This document shows, in pieces, positions 22,836 through 33,995 of a stretch of 64,000 nucleotides of DNA; positions within the stretch are counted from its first letter, which is position 1, and each line of letters opens with the position of its first letter. Origin of the DNA: Candidatus Marinacidobacterales bacterium. GTDB taxonomy: Bacteria > Acidobacteriota > Vicinamibacteria > Marinacidobacterales > DATDRI01. Under the pieces are notes generated by a model. The model saw only the letters and a program-made list of their open reading frames with translations, was not told where the DNA came from and did no database searches. Location of the stretch: contig CBDCNP010000002.1 of assembly GCA_965219415.1 (NCBI GenBank), positions 928,001-992,000 of the forward strand, in the 5' to 3' direction. Made by a program: the position numbers and the translations under genes.

Positions 22836-22916
22836 GCGAAGTATTCCCAATTGGATGTTGAAGGCGGTGCCGTCGGGGTACACATCGACGAGCTTGCCGG
22901 TGAAATCCGTGTCCTT
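22836..22916 (-). pseudogene. 81-bp fragment of a CocE/NonD hydrolase C-terminal domain
   Basis: Encodes KDTDFTGKLVDVYPDGTAFNIQLGILR; 72/81 nt and 26/27 aa identical to 27449-27529. Confidence 0.85.
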
Positions 22917-22984
22917 CCCGTTGCAGAAGTCGTCAGCGGAGCCCTTCGGCAAGATACAGGTCGGAGTACGTTCGAATAAAAGTG

Positions 22985-24330
22985 GGGTTTACGCGGATTC
23001 GTGTGGGTAAGTTCTGACGGAAAAACAGTGTAACTCATTGTGTGGAAAAGGTATCGAGTACTTCATCAGGTGCTGAAAAGTGGTCCATTTTTAGGATAGG
23101 CTAACCGAGTGAAAAATTCCCAGTCGATCCGCTCGCTGTTTGCGCTGCCAGGTTTCGTGGTTGGTGCCGGATTGAAGGGTCTATTCGGTAACCGATACGC
23201 CCGTGTCATCCAGCTCAAGAGGCGAAAAAAACAGCTGTGTGCTCTTACTGTGGGCAACGGTGCCGGGGGCGCTATGACAAGCAAGTGTGCCGGGTCCGCG
23301 ACCTGTCGTTGGCAGGCTGGCGGATCTATCTGGAATACGAGCGTTGGCGCGTCAACTGTTCTGGGTGCGGCGGTGTGCATGTAGAACACCTAGACTGGCT
23401 GGCGAACAACTCGCGCTACACCCAGCGTTTTGCGACGCATGTGGGCAAGCTGTGCCGGGATATGCCGAACAAGGCGGTGGCCGAGATGGAACGTCTGCAC
23501 CACGGTACGGTGAAGGCTCTGGATACGCTCTACATGCAAGAGCAGGTCGACCGGGCGGGGCTACCGGCGCCTCGGGCCATCGGTGTCGATGAGATCTCCA
23601 TCCGCAAGGGACATAACTATCGCGTCATTGTCAGCGACCTGGAGCGGGCGCGTCCCATCTGGGTGGGCGGTGAGGGTCGCAAAGAAACCGACATCGACTT
23701 GTTCTTCAAGGCGCTGGGCGGAAAGAAAAGCGCCCGTATCAAGCTGGCCGCCATGGATATGTGGAAGCCCTTCCGGAACTCGGTGATTCACAACGCGCCT
23801 AATGCGCGGATCATCTTCGACAAGTTTCATATCATGCGTCATCTGTCAAAGGCCCTCGATGAGGTCCGGCGCGGTGAGTACAAACGCCTCAGCGGCAAGG
23901 ACCGGTCGTACATCAAGGGGCAGCGTTACACTTTGCTTTCCCGGCGGGAGAACCTGAGCCTAGACGGTCGCCGCGCACTCAAAAAGTTGCTCCAGGCCAA
24001 CCGGCGCCTGAACACCGCCTATATTTTGAAGGAGGCCTTCGGGCAACTCTGGGATTACCGCACCGAACGCGGCGCTCGCGCCTTTTTCACCCGTTGGAAA
24101 GACAGCCTCAAATGGCAACGCCTGCATCCGTACCAGAAGTTCGCCGGTATGATTGAGTCCCATTGGGATGGTATCGCCTCCTACTGTCATCCGGAGAACA
24201 AAGTCAGTCTCGGCCTAGTTGAAGGGGTCAACAACAAAATCCGTGTTCTGCAACGACGCGCCTACGGCTATCGCGACGAGGAATATCTCAAGCTGAAGAT
24301 CGTGGCGGCTTTCCTTCCGCCATTACCCAG
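22985..24330 (+). mobile_element. ISL3-family insertion sequence (right end displaced)
   Basis: IRL GGGTTTACGCGGATTCGTGTGGGT at 22985-23008, preceded by 8-bp TAAAAGTG (22977-84). The matching IR and 8-mer are at 25183-25214. Confidence 0.92.
23109..24330 (+). CDS. ISL3 transposase (-1 frameshift at A7, 23225-31; 3' end lost)
   Basis: Zn finger CSYC...CSGC, IGVDE, AMDMW, FDKFH, VEGVNNKIR, RRAYGYRD. Confidence 0.93.
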
Positions 24331-25177
24331 AAATAGCACTTGCCGTCGTCCGAAATCTGAACGGCGTATATTTGCTCCAATCCAGCGGGATCCGAGGGCG
24401 CGATCGTTTTCCAAAGCTCTCGGCGCCCCGTCTCGATCTCGATGCGGTGGACTGTTAGGGATCGGCCGACGTTCTCCCGGACGTACAAAAACCGCCCGTC
24501 GGGCGTGAAACGAATCACCGTCATCGAAGCGGGCACGTCATCGAAGGCGCGCGGCTCTCCTCCGTCGAGAGGATAGAGCGCGATTACCCCGTCTTTGGCC
24601 GCGGCAAGCATCGAGCCAACCGGAGACACCGGCCTCGTGCCGAGACTGGCACTGGCTTGGCCCGCTTGCACTTCGCCGGTGATCGGCTGCGGCTCGCCGC
24701 TCGGTACCGTCTGGCGAAACCAGCGCAGCGGCGCGCCTTCTTCGCTGCCGGCGAACACGACTTCGTTCTCGTCGGAGACGAAAGACGCCGTGTAGAACTC
24801 GACGATGGTCGTGTTCTCGACCACGATCGGTGTGCCGGGACCCGTCGGAAGAAGCACCAGGGAGCCCGGTTCCCCGCGACGCAATGTCAGAGCCCACTCG
24901 CCATCGGGTGACAAGTCGAACGCTTGACCCTCGCCCAAGTGAACCGCTGGGGATCCGTCGACGTTTCGTAGATAGACGGAATAGCCCTCACCGCCTCCGT
25001 CCCCGAACTCGGTCAGCAGAAGCGTCCTGCCGTCGCCGCTTATGCCATCGACCTCGGTGCTGTCGAGCCAGGAGAATTCACGCTCCACGGTCTCGTCCGG
25101 GGCGACGCCCATAACGCCGACCCGCAAATTCGTGCGAGCCACGAGGGCGCGGCCGTCGCGTGCGACATCGAGAATTC

Positions 25178-25229
25178 GTATACACTTTTAGGGTCTACGC
25201 GGATTCGTGTGGGTTGAAAACTGCATTTC
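25178..25229 (-). mobile_element. Displaced, inverted ISL3 right end plus target-site duplication (52 bp)
   Basis: Contains the transposase tail AVFNPHESA*, the IRR (23/24 identical to IRL) and TAAAAGTG; flanked by a duplicated TTC. Confidence 0.9.
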
Positions 25230-27139
25230 TGAACGATATCGCCGAGCGGGCAAGCAGCCTCACCTCGCCCGTAAGGGACATCGCATGCAAATCCGGGTCC
25301 CCGCCCTGATAGGTATCGAACCAAACCTCGCCGCCGTGGGGGGACCACACCAGATCGAAAAAGTCTCCCCGGAAGCCGGTGTCGAAACGCCTGGTCTCGC
25401 CGTCGAGCTCGAGGAAGACGACGGACCAGTTCGTGGCGAAGCCTTGAGCTTTCTCCCCGAACGCGAGCACGTTCCCCTGGGGCGAGACTCGAAGCGAATC
25501 GACGGCGTTCGTCGTCTCGTACAGCACCGTACCGATGGGAAGCTCGACCTGGCGGTGGCCGTTGATGAGCCGAACGACGGCCAACGGCTCACCATCCGCA
25601 GTCCAGTCGGCGAGCAGCACGTCCTCCGAGATTTCTCTTGCAGCGCTACCCGAGGCCGTCGACAGAGCGAGTGTCCCGCTCTCCTTTAGTATTCTCCCAA
25701 TTCAGTACTGCTGCTTTCCGCAGCAAGGCCATCTCGCCATTTGGCGACACACTCAGCACCTCGGCGCCCGAAAAGCCGAGCGCGCGTGACGCCCGGGTCC
25801 CAGGTAGTGTCGCGTAGATCTCAGGAACTTGTCCGCCCCAGGACGCGGTATAGATCACGTCGCGCCCGCCCGGGTCGAACTGGGCGGCGTAGACGGTCCC
25901 CCGGCGGAACGTGAGTCGTTCGTAGCTAAGGAGCGGCGCGCCGCCCGGAGCGCCGGAGCCTCTAAGCAACCAATACGCTGCGACCATGAGGAGCAGTCCG
26001 AGTGCCGCGGCGACGATGGTTCGACCTTGCGGTTTGCGAATGGCGCGCTCTACCGGGGCCGTCCCCGACTCCCGCGAGATGGACTCGATGGCAAAAGCCA
26101 GATCGTATGCCGATTGGAAACGCTCCCCGGGCTTTTTTTCCAGGCAACGATGCACGATCCGCTCGAGCGCCGGCGGCGGCACGCCGTCGAGGCCACTCAG
26201 CTCCGGCGGTTCTTCTTTGAGAATGGCCGTCATGGCCTCGGCGCTCGTGTCGCGTTGGAACGCTCTCTGGCCGGCGAGCATCTCGTAGAGGATCGAGCCG
26301 AAGGAAAAGATATCCGAGCGGTGCCCGACGCGCTCACCGCGGACTTGCTCGGGCGACATGTAGCCCACGGTGCCGAGAACCACGCCGGGATCGGTTACCG
26401 CCGCGCGGGTCGGCGCCGAGAAGTCCGAATCCTTGGTCGCCGTCTCCAGCCTTTGTGTTTTCGCGAGCCCGAAATCGAGAATCTTGACACGCCCGTCGTG
26501 CGTGACGAAGAGGTTCTCGGGCTTTAGATCACGGTGGGTGATGCCCTTCTCGTGAGCCGCCGCCAGCCCGCGGGCGACTTGCGCCCCGTACTCGATCGCC
26601 TTGCGCGTCGAAAGCGCCTCGCCCCCGAGCCGCTCGCGCAGTGTTTCGCCCTCCAGAAGCTCCGTCACGGCATAGGCGTGTCCGGCCTCGCTGTGAAAAT
26701 CGTAGATGGCGAGAATGTTCGGGTGCGATAGCGCCGCTACGGCTCTCGCTTCACGCTCGAAGCGCGCGAGCCGGTTCTCGTCCTGAGCGAAGAACTCCGG
26801 AAGAACCTTGACCGCGACGTCCCGTCCGAGCTTCGGGTCCCGGGCTCGATAGACCTCACCCATGCCACCCGAGCTCGGACAGGATCTCGTAGTTGCCAAG
26901 CTTGGTTCCAGGTGTGAGCGGCATGGTTCAGTGGCAATGATATTTGGTGCGCCCGCGGAACTCAAGAAAGGCCATGAACCTCGCGGAGCCACGGCGCTTC
27001 TGCGCCGAGGTGATGCCGTGACGAGCTTTTTCTTGAAGTGGGCGGCAGGGAAAAGCCTCGCCGAGAAGAGGCAAGTGTTACTTTTAGTTACTCCGTCCGG
27101 ACCGAGTGGTCGTCATGTTACCCTAGGAGTCATGTCGAT

Positions 27140-29071
27140 CTAGTCGTCCTGACTTGGTGGACTTGGCTGACTGGTCCGACTCGGGATCACTGGTAGCACG
27201 AGGTGAGAGGGATATTCCGCTGAATGATGGATGGTGTTCTTAGCGATGACCCATTCCGTCTCATCGAAATTGTTTCCGCCAGTGTTCAGATTCCTTTCAA
27301 ACAGCGGGAAATCGCTGCTGGACACCTGCAGCCGGATTTTGTGTCCCGGCGCGAAGTAGTTGCTGGTGGCATCCATATCGATTTGGATCTTATAGACCCC
27401 CTCTTCTTCCATCCACACCTTCTTAGTAAAGCCTTCCCGGTACCGGACGCGAAGTATTCCCAATTGGATGTTGTAAGCGGTGCCGTCCGGGTAGACGTCC
27501 ACGAGCTTTCCCGTGAAATCCGTATCCTTGGCCGACGACGATACGTAAAAGACGGCGGTGATTGGACCAGTGAGCTCGATGCCTTCCTCGAGGGCCGGCG
27601 TCGTGTACACCAGCACATCGTTTCGAACATCGACTTTCCCTTGATCGATCGCCCCCGCAGGCGTTCCGTACGACGTGCCGCGCGGCCCCCCCACTGTCGG
27701 GACCGGATGCCGCGGGTTGTAAACGAACGCGTCGGACGGCTCCGCGCCCGGCGTCTCCGTTGAAAGTACTCCGTCGCCGTAGCGGCTGTTCGCACTACCC
27801 TCGCTGTGCAGGTAGTACTTCGTGTATCGAGTCTCCGGCAACGGCCAAGAATCCGCTGACTGCCACGTGTTGCTCCCCATCGTGTAGTACTGCACCTTCG
27901 GCATATCGGTGACGCCGTTGTCTTTTCCCTTGAGCCAATAATCGAACCAATCCAAATAGATCGAGTAGTAGTCGCGCCTCGCATCGCCGACATCGCGATC
28001 GCCGACTTTCGTGTGCTCCGTGGCGCGTTCGTAACTGCAGTGCGTCGTGGGCGGGACGATCAAAAATTGATTATCGGCGGCGGTCTTGGAGACCGCGTTC
28101 TCTCTGAAGTAGTTGAACTCGAAAATCGTCTCCTCGACACTCGGGTCGTACCACGAGCTCATATGTAGCGCCGGCACATCGATTTTCTCCGTGCCGTCGT
28201 AGTATCCCATCGTGTCGTGCCACCACGGGTCATTGAAGTCACGTGTAATTAGTTCGAGAAAATCGTTCGGGGGTGCCCCCGCCTTGTTCATGATGTCGAC
28301 GAGCGGCAACGTCCAAATGAGTTTCTCCCAATCAGGCTCGGGCGCCTCTCTCATGTTGGGGTCGAAGAACTTGCGGATCTCGAGAATCTCGTCATCCGAC
28401 AGACCCTGGGGTGGCTTGAGCGAATACTTGTTCCCACTGCTGAAATACCACGGCAGGCTGGCAGCAAAGTCGAAGACGCCGCCCTTGAACCCGGACCAAT
28501 ACCGGTACCGGCCGTTCGCCGCCCCGATCATGGGGCCGTTTCTGGGGATCATGGTCGTGAGATTGGGGTGCCTTAAGGGCGCAGTGGCGGCCTGAATTTC
28601 GGCTGGATACGAGCACCCGTGCATGCCGACCTTGCCGCTCGACCACGGCTGCTTGGCGATCCAGTCTACGGTATCGTATCCATCGACGGCCTCGCTTCCA
28701 GCGGGCGGAGAGTAGATACCCTCGGACTCGTATTTCCCGCGGCTATCTTGAACCGTGACGACGAAACCGTGAGACGCAAACATATAGACGTCGTTGTCCT
28801 TCTCGTCTCTATATTCGTTCTTGTCGTACGGGGTTCGAATGAGCACGACCGGCAGCTTGTCATGGTTAGTGGCGGAAATCTCGGGGAAATAGAGATCGGT
28901 GGACAATCGCACGCCGTCTCTCATGGGGACCATGCGGCTCTTTTCCAGTCGCACTTCATTTTGCGGGTCGGGTCTCGGAATCACGCCCGACGACTCCTGT
29001 GGGAACGCTTCGCTCTTTGCGAGGAACGCGAGCAAAACCGCGAATCCCAAGAACAGTCTTTTTCCACGCAT
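27140..29071 (-). CDS. Secreted CocE/NonD (S15) hydrolase
   Basis: MRDGVRLSTD, RTPY, GCSY nucleophile, WYD, PepX_C domain. Confidence 0.95.
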   Translation of the reverse strand: MRGKRLFLGFAVLLAFLAKSEAFPQESSGVIPRPDPQNEVRLEKSRMVPMRDGVRLSTDLYFPEISATNHDKLPVVLIRTPYDKNEYRDEKDNDVYMFASHGFVVTVQDSRGKYESEGIYSPPAGSEAVDGYDTVDWIAKQPWSSGKVGMHGCSYPAEIQAATAPLRHPNLTTMIPRNGPMIGAANGRYRYWSGFKGGVFDFAASLPWYFSSGNKYSLKPPQGLSDDEILEIRKFFDPNMREAPEPDWEKLIWTLPLVDIMNKAGAPPNDFLELITRDFNDPWWHDTMGYYDGTEKIDVPALHMSSWYDPSVEETIFEFNYFRENAVSKTAADNQFLIVPPTTHCSYERATEHTKVGDRDVGDARRDYYSIYLDWFDYWLKGKDNGVTDMPKVQYYTMGSNTWQSADSWPLPETRYTKYYLHSEGSANSRYGDGVLSTETPGAEPSDAFVYNPRHPVPTVGGPRGTSYGTPAGAIDQGKVDVRNDVLVYTTPALEEGIELTGPITAVFYVSSSAKDTDFTGKLVDVYPDGTAYNIQLGILRVRYREGFTKKVWMEEEGVYKIQIDMDATSNYFAPGHKIRLQVSSSDFPLFERNLNTGGNNFDETEWVIAKNTIHHSAEYPSHLVLPVIPSRTSQPSPPSQDD

Positions 29072-29104
29072 GGTCGACCCCCTTCGTTATCCAGCAACGG
29101 TCTG

Positions 29105-29138
29105 CCCTCACCCAGGCCCTCTCCCAGCGGGAGAGGGA
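29105..29138. repeat. REP-like palindrome CCCTCACCC...CCCTCTCCC-agc-GGGAGAGGG
   Basis: Intergenic hairpin seen directly; same core as the array at 53498. Confidence 0.75.
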
Positions 29139-29309
29139 CTAAAGGAAGATTAGCGTTTTCGGAGAAGATTTGAACCGATCTCCGACTAAGGTTGCAACCG
29201 CGCATCGGCGCCGTGTCGAGACCTTATAACGCTTGACCTGCCCGTCCGGAACCGCAACGATCGCGCCGGAGCCTGGTGTTGAGGCCATAGATAGAGGTGA
29301 GAATAAGTC

Positions 29310-30763
29310 ATGAACCAAGAGAGAAATATCTCTAGACGAACATTTCTGAAGGCATCGGGAGCCCTCGGTGTTGCCCAGGCCGCTCCGATGAGCGCCGTCA
29401 CCTCGGGCCGTCCGGCGTCACAGGACGGTGTGACCGGCCGGCTCGCCCGATATGTCGTGGCCTCGAATTGGGCCGACTTTCCTGAGCCGGCGCGAAAGGA
29501 AGCGACCCGATCCGTACTGAACTGGGTCGGCTGCGCCGTGGGCGGCTCCCGGGAGGAGGCGGTGGACCGAACCTTGGCGGCGCTTTCAGAGTTCTCCGGC
29601 CCCCGGATCGCTACGGTCATCGGCCGGAAGGAACGACTCGATGTCCTGCACGCCACCCTAGTGAACGGAATCAGCTCGCACGTCTTGGACTTCGACGACA
29701 CCGATCTCGAAACGATCATTCACCCCGCCGGACCGGTGGCCTCGGCGATCTTGGCCCTGGCGGAAAAACAACTGGTGAGCGGTAAACAGTTCCTTCACGC
29801 CTTCACTCTGGGCGTGGGAGGTCGAGTGCCGTATCGGTCGTTCCGTTTACCCATCGCACTACGACCGGGGATACCACATTACCGGAACTGCGGGCGTATT
29901 CGGGGCGGCCGCAGCCACCGGCAAGCTCATCGGGCTGGATGAGCAACAAATGACTTGGGCCCTCGGGATTTCGGCTACTCAGTCGGCTGGGCTTCGGGAA
30001 ATGTTCGGCACCATGTGCAAACCCTTCCACCCCGGACGGGCTGCCCAGAACGGACTCGCTTCGGCCTTGCTGGCCTCCAAGAACTTCACTAGCTCCGAAC
30101 GGGGTCTCGAAGCGCCTCGTGGTTTTGCCCACGTCCTATCCGGAGAACGCGATTTTTCGGCCATTACCCAAGGCCTGGGTGAAAGCTTCGAGATCACGCG
30201 CAACACGTACAAGCCATTCGCCTGTGGCATCGTGATTCATCCGGTCATCGACGCCTGCATCCGGTTGCGCGGCGAGCACCAACTCGTGGCGGACCAGATC
30301 GAGCGGGTGGAGGTCCGTGTTCACCCTTTGGTTTTGGAGCTCACCGGCAAGAAATCGCCCTCTACTGGCCTAGAGGGAAAGTTCAGTGTCTACCACTCGA
30401 GCGCCGTCGCCATCCTTCGCGGCGCCGCTGGGCAAAAGGAATACACCGACGCCACCGTCCAAGATCCAGAGGTCATCGCCTTGCGCGATCGCGTCACGGC
30501 AACGACCGAAAAAAACATCCGCGCGGATGAGGCCTACGTCACGATCATCCTGAAGGACGGACGCAAGCTGACAGAGCATATCGAGCACGGCCATCGGAAG
30601 CCTGGAACGTCCCATGACGGACGCCGACCTGGAGGCCAAGTTCCGTGGTCAGGCCGAGGGAGTCTTGACGTCCAAACAGACGGAGGATCTCATCGCCCTT
30701 TGCTGGTCTGTCGGCACGTTGAAGGAAGCGGCCGAGATCACTCGAGCCTCTGCCACTACCTAG
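29310..30763 (+). CDS. MmgE/PrpD family protein with Tat-like signal, two frameshifts
   Basis: RRTFLK; SHVLDFDDT..IIHP, GTMCKPFHPG, YKPFACG, GKFS. Confidence 0.88.
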
Positions 30764-30804
30764 ATCATCAACGGCCACTCCTCGTTTTGAAACCCCGCCC
30801 GGGA

Positions 30805-30960
30805 TCAGGGCAGCACTATCGTGCCGACGATGCGTCCCGGTTTCGACGTTAAAGGATCCGTCGGAACTGACAGGCTCTGCCTCTCCTCGGAGTACCGCGT
30901 CACCCGTCGCGTCTGCGAATCTCCCGCGACCTCCGGTGAAGAAATAACCCCTTCTGATCG
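30805..30960 (-). pseudogene. C-terminal remnant of a hypothetical beta-barrel protein (GGxGRF motif)
   Basis: Reads GYFFTGGRGRFADATGDAVLRG...GTIVLP* with one frameshift and no start codon. Confidence 0.4.
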
Positions 30961-31084
30961 CCGAATAACTGTCTAATCAATGGAACAAAAAAAGTTCTGG
31001 GGTCAAAGGGGTTCCGAGCGGCCGCGGCAAGCTGCCTTCAGGCGGGGCCCTGATGTACATTTGGCGAAATCTAAGGGTCTCGGT

Positions 31085-33636
31085 ATGAAGCCCGGAGAAA
31101 CGGTTGCGCAATACCGCATCATCGAGCGTCTCGGTGCGGGCGGTATGGGTGAGGTCTACAAGGCCCTCGACACCAAGTTGAACCGCCCGGTGGCGCTCAA
31201 AACCCTGCGCAAGGAGTTCGTTTCCAACCCTGACCGCCGCCGCCGTTTCGTTCAGGAAGCTCACGCGGCCTCGGCGCTCGATCACCCCAACATCGTGACC
31301 ATCCACGACATCGCCGAGGTAGATGGGCTGCACTTCATCGTGATGCAGTACGTCGACGGGGAGTCATTGGGCGAGCTGATTCGTAACCAACGCCTAGACC
31401 TGGACAAAGCACTCGACTATGCCGTTCAGATGGCGGAAGGATTGGAGCGAGCGCACCGGGACGGGATCATTCACCGAGATCTAAAGCCGGACAACGTCAT
31501 GGTGAGCGACGAGGGTCGGGCGAAGCTCGTCGATTTTGGCTTGGCGAAGCTCATCGAGGCCCCGGAGCTAAGTGAGGAGCCGAGTCGGAAGCGAACTTCC
31601 GAAGCGTCGACCGTTACCAAAGGGAAGCCGTTGACCCAGGAGGGCGAGATCCTAGGGACCGGAGCCTACATGTCTCCCGAGCAGGCACGGGGACAGAAGG
31701 TCGACGCGCGGAGTGACATCTTCTCCTTCGGAAGCGTGCTGTACGAGATGGTGACGGGTCAACAAGCGTTTTCGGGAGAGAACATCGTCTCGGTGTTGGC
31801 TTCCATCCTGAAAGACGAGCCAAAGCGGGTGAGCCAGTTGGTATCGACGGTGCCGGCGGATCTGGAAGCGGTAATAGAAAAGGCGCTCCGTAAAGACCGG
31901 GAGAAGCGTTTTCAGTCCGTGACAGAGTTTCGCGCGGCGCTCGTGCAAGTCAAGGAGGAAAGAGCCCGAAACAAGCAGAAACCAGCGCATTCCCAGATCG
32001 TCCGACTTGGAGACTTCGAAGTGGATCTCGAGGCCGGTGAGCTCCGCAAGCACGGCCGCAAGCTCAAGCTCCAAGAAAAGCCCTTTCAGATCTTGACCAT
32101 CCTCCTGGAGCGACCCGGTCGGGTCGTGAGCCGGGAGGAGCTCGTCAAGCGTCTTTGGCCCGATGACACCTTCGTGGATTTCGAAAGAGGTCTCAACACC
32201 GCGATCAGGAAGCTGCGCTCAGCTTTAGGAGATTCGGCCGAGAAGCCTCACTACATCGAGACGGTGGCGCGCCGAGGCTATCGTTTCATCGGCACGCTCG
32301 ACAAGCCGGCCCGTTCCTCCACCGCAGCAGAACCTCCGGTCATCCCTGCCATCCCTGCCATGGACAACCCCTTGTCGGTCTGGTTCCGTGACCACCTTTG
32401 GCGCACCTGGGGACAGCGCGCGCTATTGGGCGCGGTAGCGGTGGCGATACTGACTCTCGCTTATCTGAGACTCGACCGAAGGGAGACCGCACCAGAAGTC
32501 TCGTCCTCGCCGCAACAGACCGCGTCACGTTCCCCGGCGGCCGAGCCATCGCCGGCCAATGCCGCAATACGGCGCGGGCGCCACTACACTGGGCGCTACC
32601 TGGTTACCCCTCGCCCTGAGGACTTCGACCTCGCAATGGAGGCATTCCAGGAAGCCCTCGCCTTGGAGCCCGAGCGCGCCGAGATCCCGGCAGAGATCGC
32701 CCATCTGTATGCACTCAAGATGCAGAGTGGCGGAGAGATTGCCCGCCTCATCCCCGAAGTCGAGCTCTGGGCGCTCCGAGCCATAGATCTGGATTCGGAC
32801 ACTTCTCAAGCCTGGGACTCGCTTTACGACGGGGAGCGCTACCGCTTACGACCAAACCACCGAAAGCTCCTCGAGACCACGTTTCGCGCCTCCAGGCTAG
32901 CGGAACGCGACTCCACTCCTAGTCCGCAGGCCATATCGTTTTACTCGGTCCTCCTGGGCCTCGAGGGCTACCGCCACGGGCTTCAGCTCTATCCGCTGAG
33001 CGCTTTTTGGCCACGTGAATCCCGCCATAAACCTGTCGATGCTTGGTCGTCACGAAGAGAGCCTCGAGCTTGTCGATGAAGCTCTCCAGATCGATCTGGA
33101 CTTTACGTATGCCAAGCTCAACAAAGCGAGTCTCCTCGTTCGCCTCGATCGATTCCAGGAGGCGCGCGGGCTGCTCGCGGATCTTCCACCGATGCCTGAC
33201 GCCTACCAAGTTTTTGTAACTCAAATCGAGTTCTTCATGGTTCTCGCGACAGGCGACCGAAACGCCGTCCGTGAAGACCTCCCCACACAGATTGCAATCT
33301 TGCTTAACCCGGAGATTCCGTTCACATTCCGCTGGCCCTATATGGTCCCACCGATTATCGAAGCTCTTGCCGCAAACGGCTACGTGGAGGAAGCCCTTGA
33401 TGTTGATGAGCCAGTTGCACGAGGCAGGCCTCGGTGATCCGCCCTACGATTGGCTGCGACTCTCACCCCTGTTCGATCCGATCCGGGAGGACCCACGCTT
33501 CCAGCCCGTCGAGGCGCACGCTAAGGAGAACTTCGATTTGATGCTGGAGCAGCTTGATCGTGCCCGCGAAGATGGCGACTGGCCTGCCGAGCTCGAGCAG
33601 GCGCGGGTTGATCTCATGGAGCAGTTTAGCGACTGA
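31085..33636 (+). CDS. Ser/Thr kinase-OmpR/CadC winged helix-TM-TPR fusion, frameshifted in the TPR region
   Basis: LGAGGMGEVY, HRDLKPDN, DFG; then GDFEVDL...LWPDDTFVDFERGLNTAIRKLR...IETVARRGYRF; TM; terminal PLFDPIREDPRF. Confidence 0.88.
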
Positions 33637-33670
33637 GTAAACACGGGCTTGCTCGCCAGAAAGCAGTCCC

Positions 33671-33860
33671 CACGATGCCACCGAGTGGCGTGATCGAAGC
33701 CTTCATCCCCCGGGCGTTGGTCAACGTGTAGAGATCGACCCGCGCGCCCTCTCGGGTCTGGCCGAAGACTTCTCTCTTTAGCTCCCCCGCGCGAGCGGGG
33801 TTGGCGGACGCAAGCCCGACGGCCCATACCAGGAGCCAAGTAGAAAACATCGGCTTCCAT
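33671..33860 (-). pseudogene. 5' remnant of a secreted aldose 1-epimerase (GalM-like)
   Basis: Signal peptide plus REVFGQTREGARVDLYTLTNARGMKASITPLGGIV, then similarity stops. Confidence 0.75.
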
Positions 33861-33995
33861 CGCACGGCGTCGCCCCCTCCTTTGCCAGCGGCACTATACA
33901 ATATGTTAGAGCAGGTGGAATGCGAGGCACTTCGACACACTGATTGACCAGCCCGTCGGCCATCTCGCACACCTGCAAGAAGGAGACACTGACCC

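Larger units (their letters stand above)
22933..26924 (-). pseudogene. Ser/Thr kinase-TM-PD40 propeller gene interrupted by ISL3
   Basis: Start MPLTPGTKLGNYEIL (26924); HRDLKPEN, DFG, GTVGYMSPE; TM; propeller repeats. The true C-terminus TFIRTYSDLYLAEGLR* lies at 22984-22933, beyond the IS. Confidence 0.88.

Noticed and set aside
24331-24508. Extended transposase C-terminus in the ORF track
   Set aside because: Read-through into antisense kinase sequence after loss of the IS end.
24330-25230. Simple inversion or recombinase-driven invertible switch
   Set aside because: The kinase DNA between the junctions keeps its orientation, only 52 bp is inverted, and no recombinase is nearby.
26995-27125. 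Imperfect hairpins and three GTTAC words upstream of the kinase
   Set aside because: Weak pairing in GC-rich DNA; cannot be told from chance.
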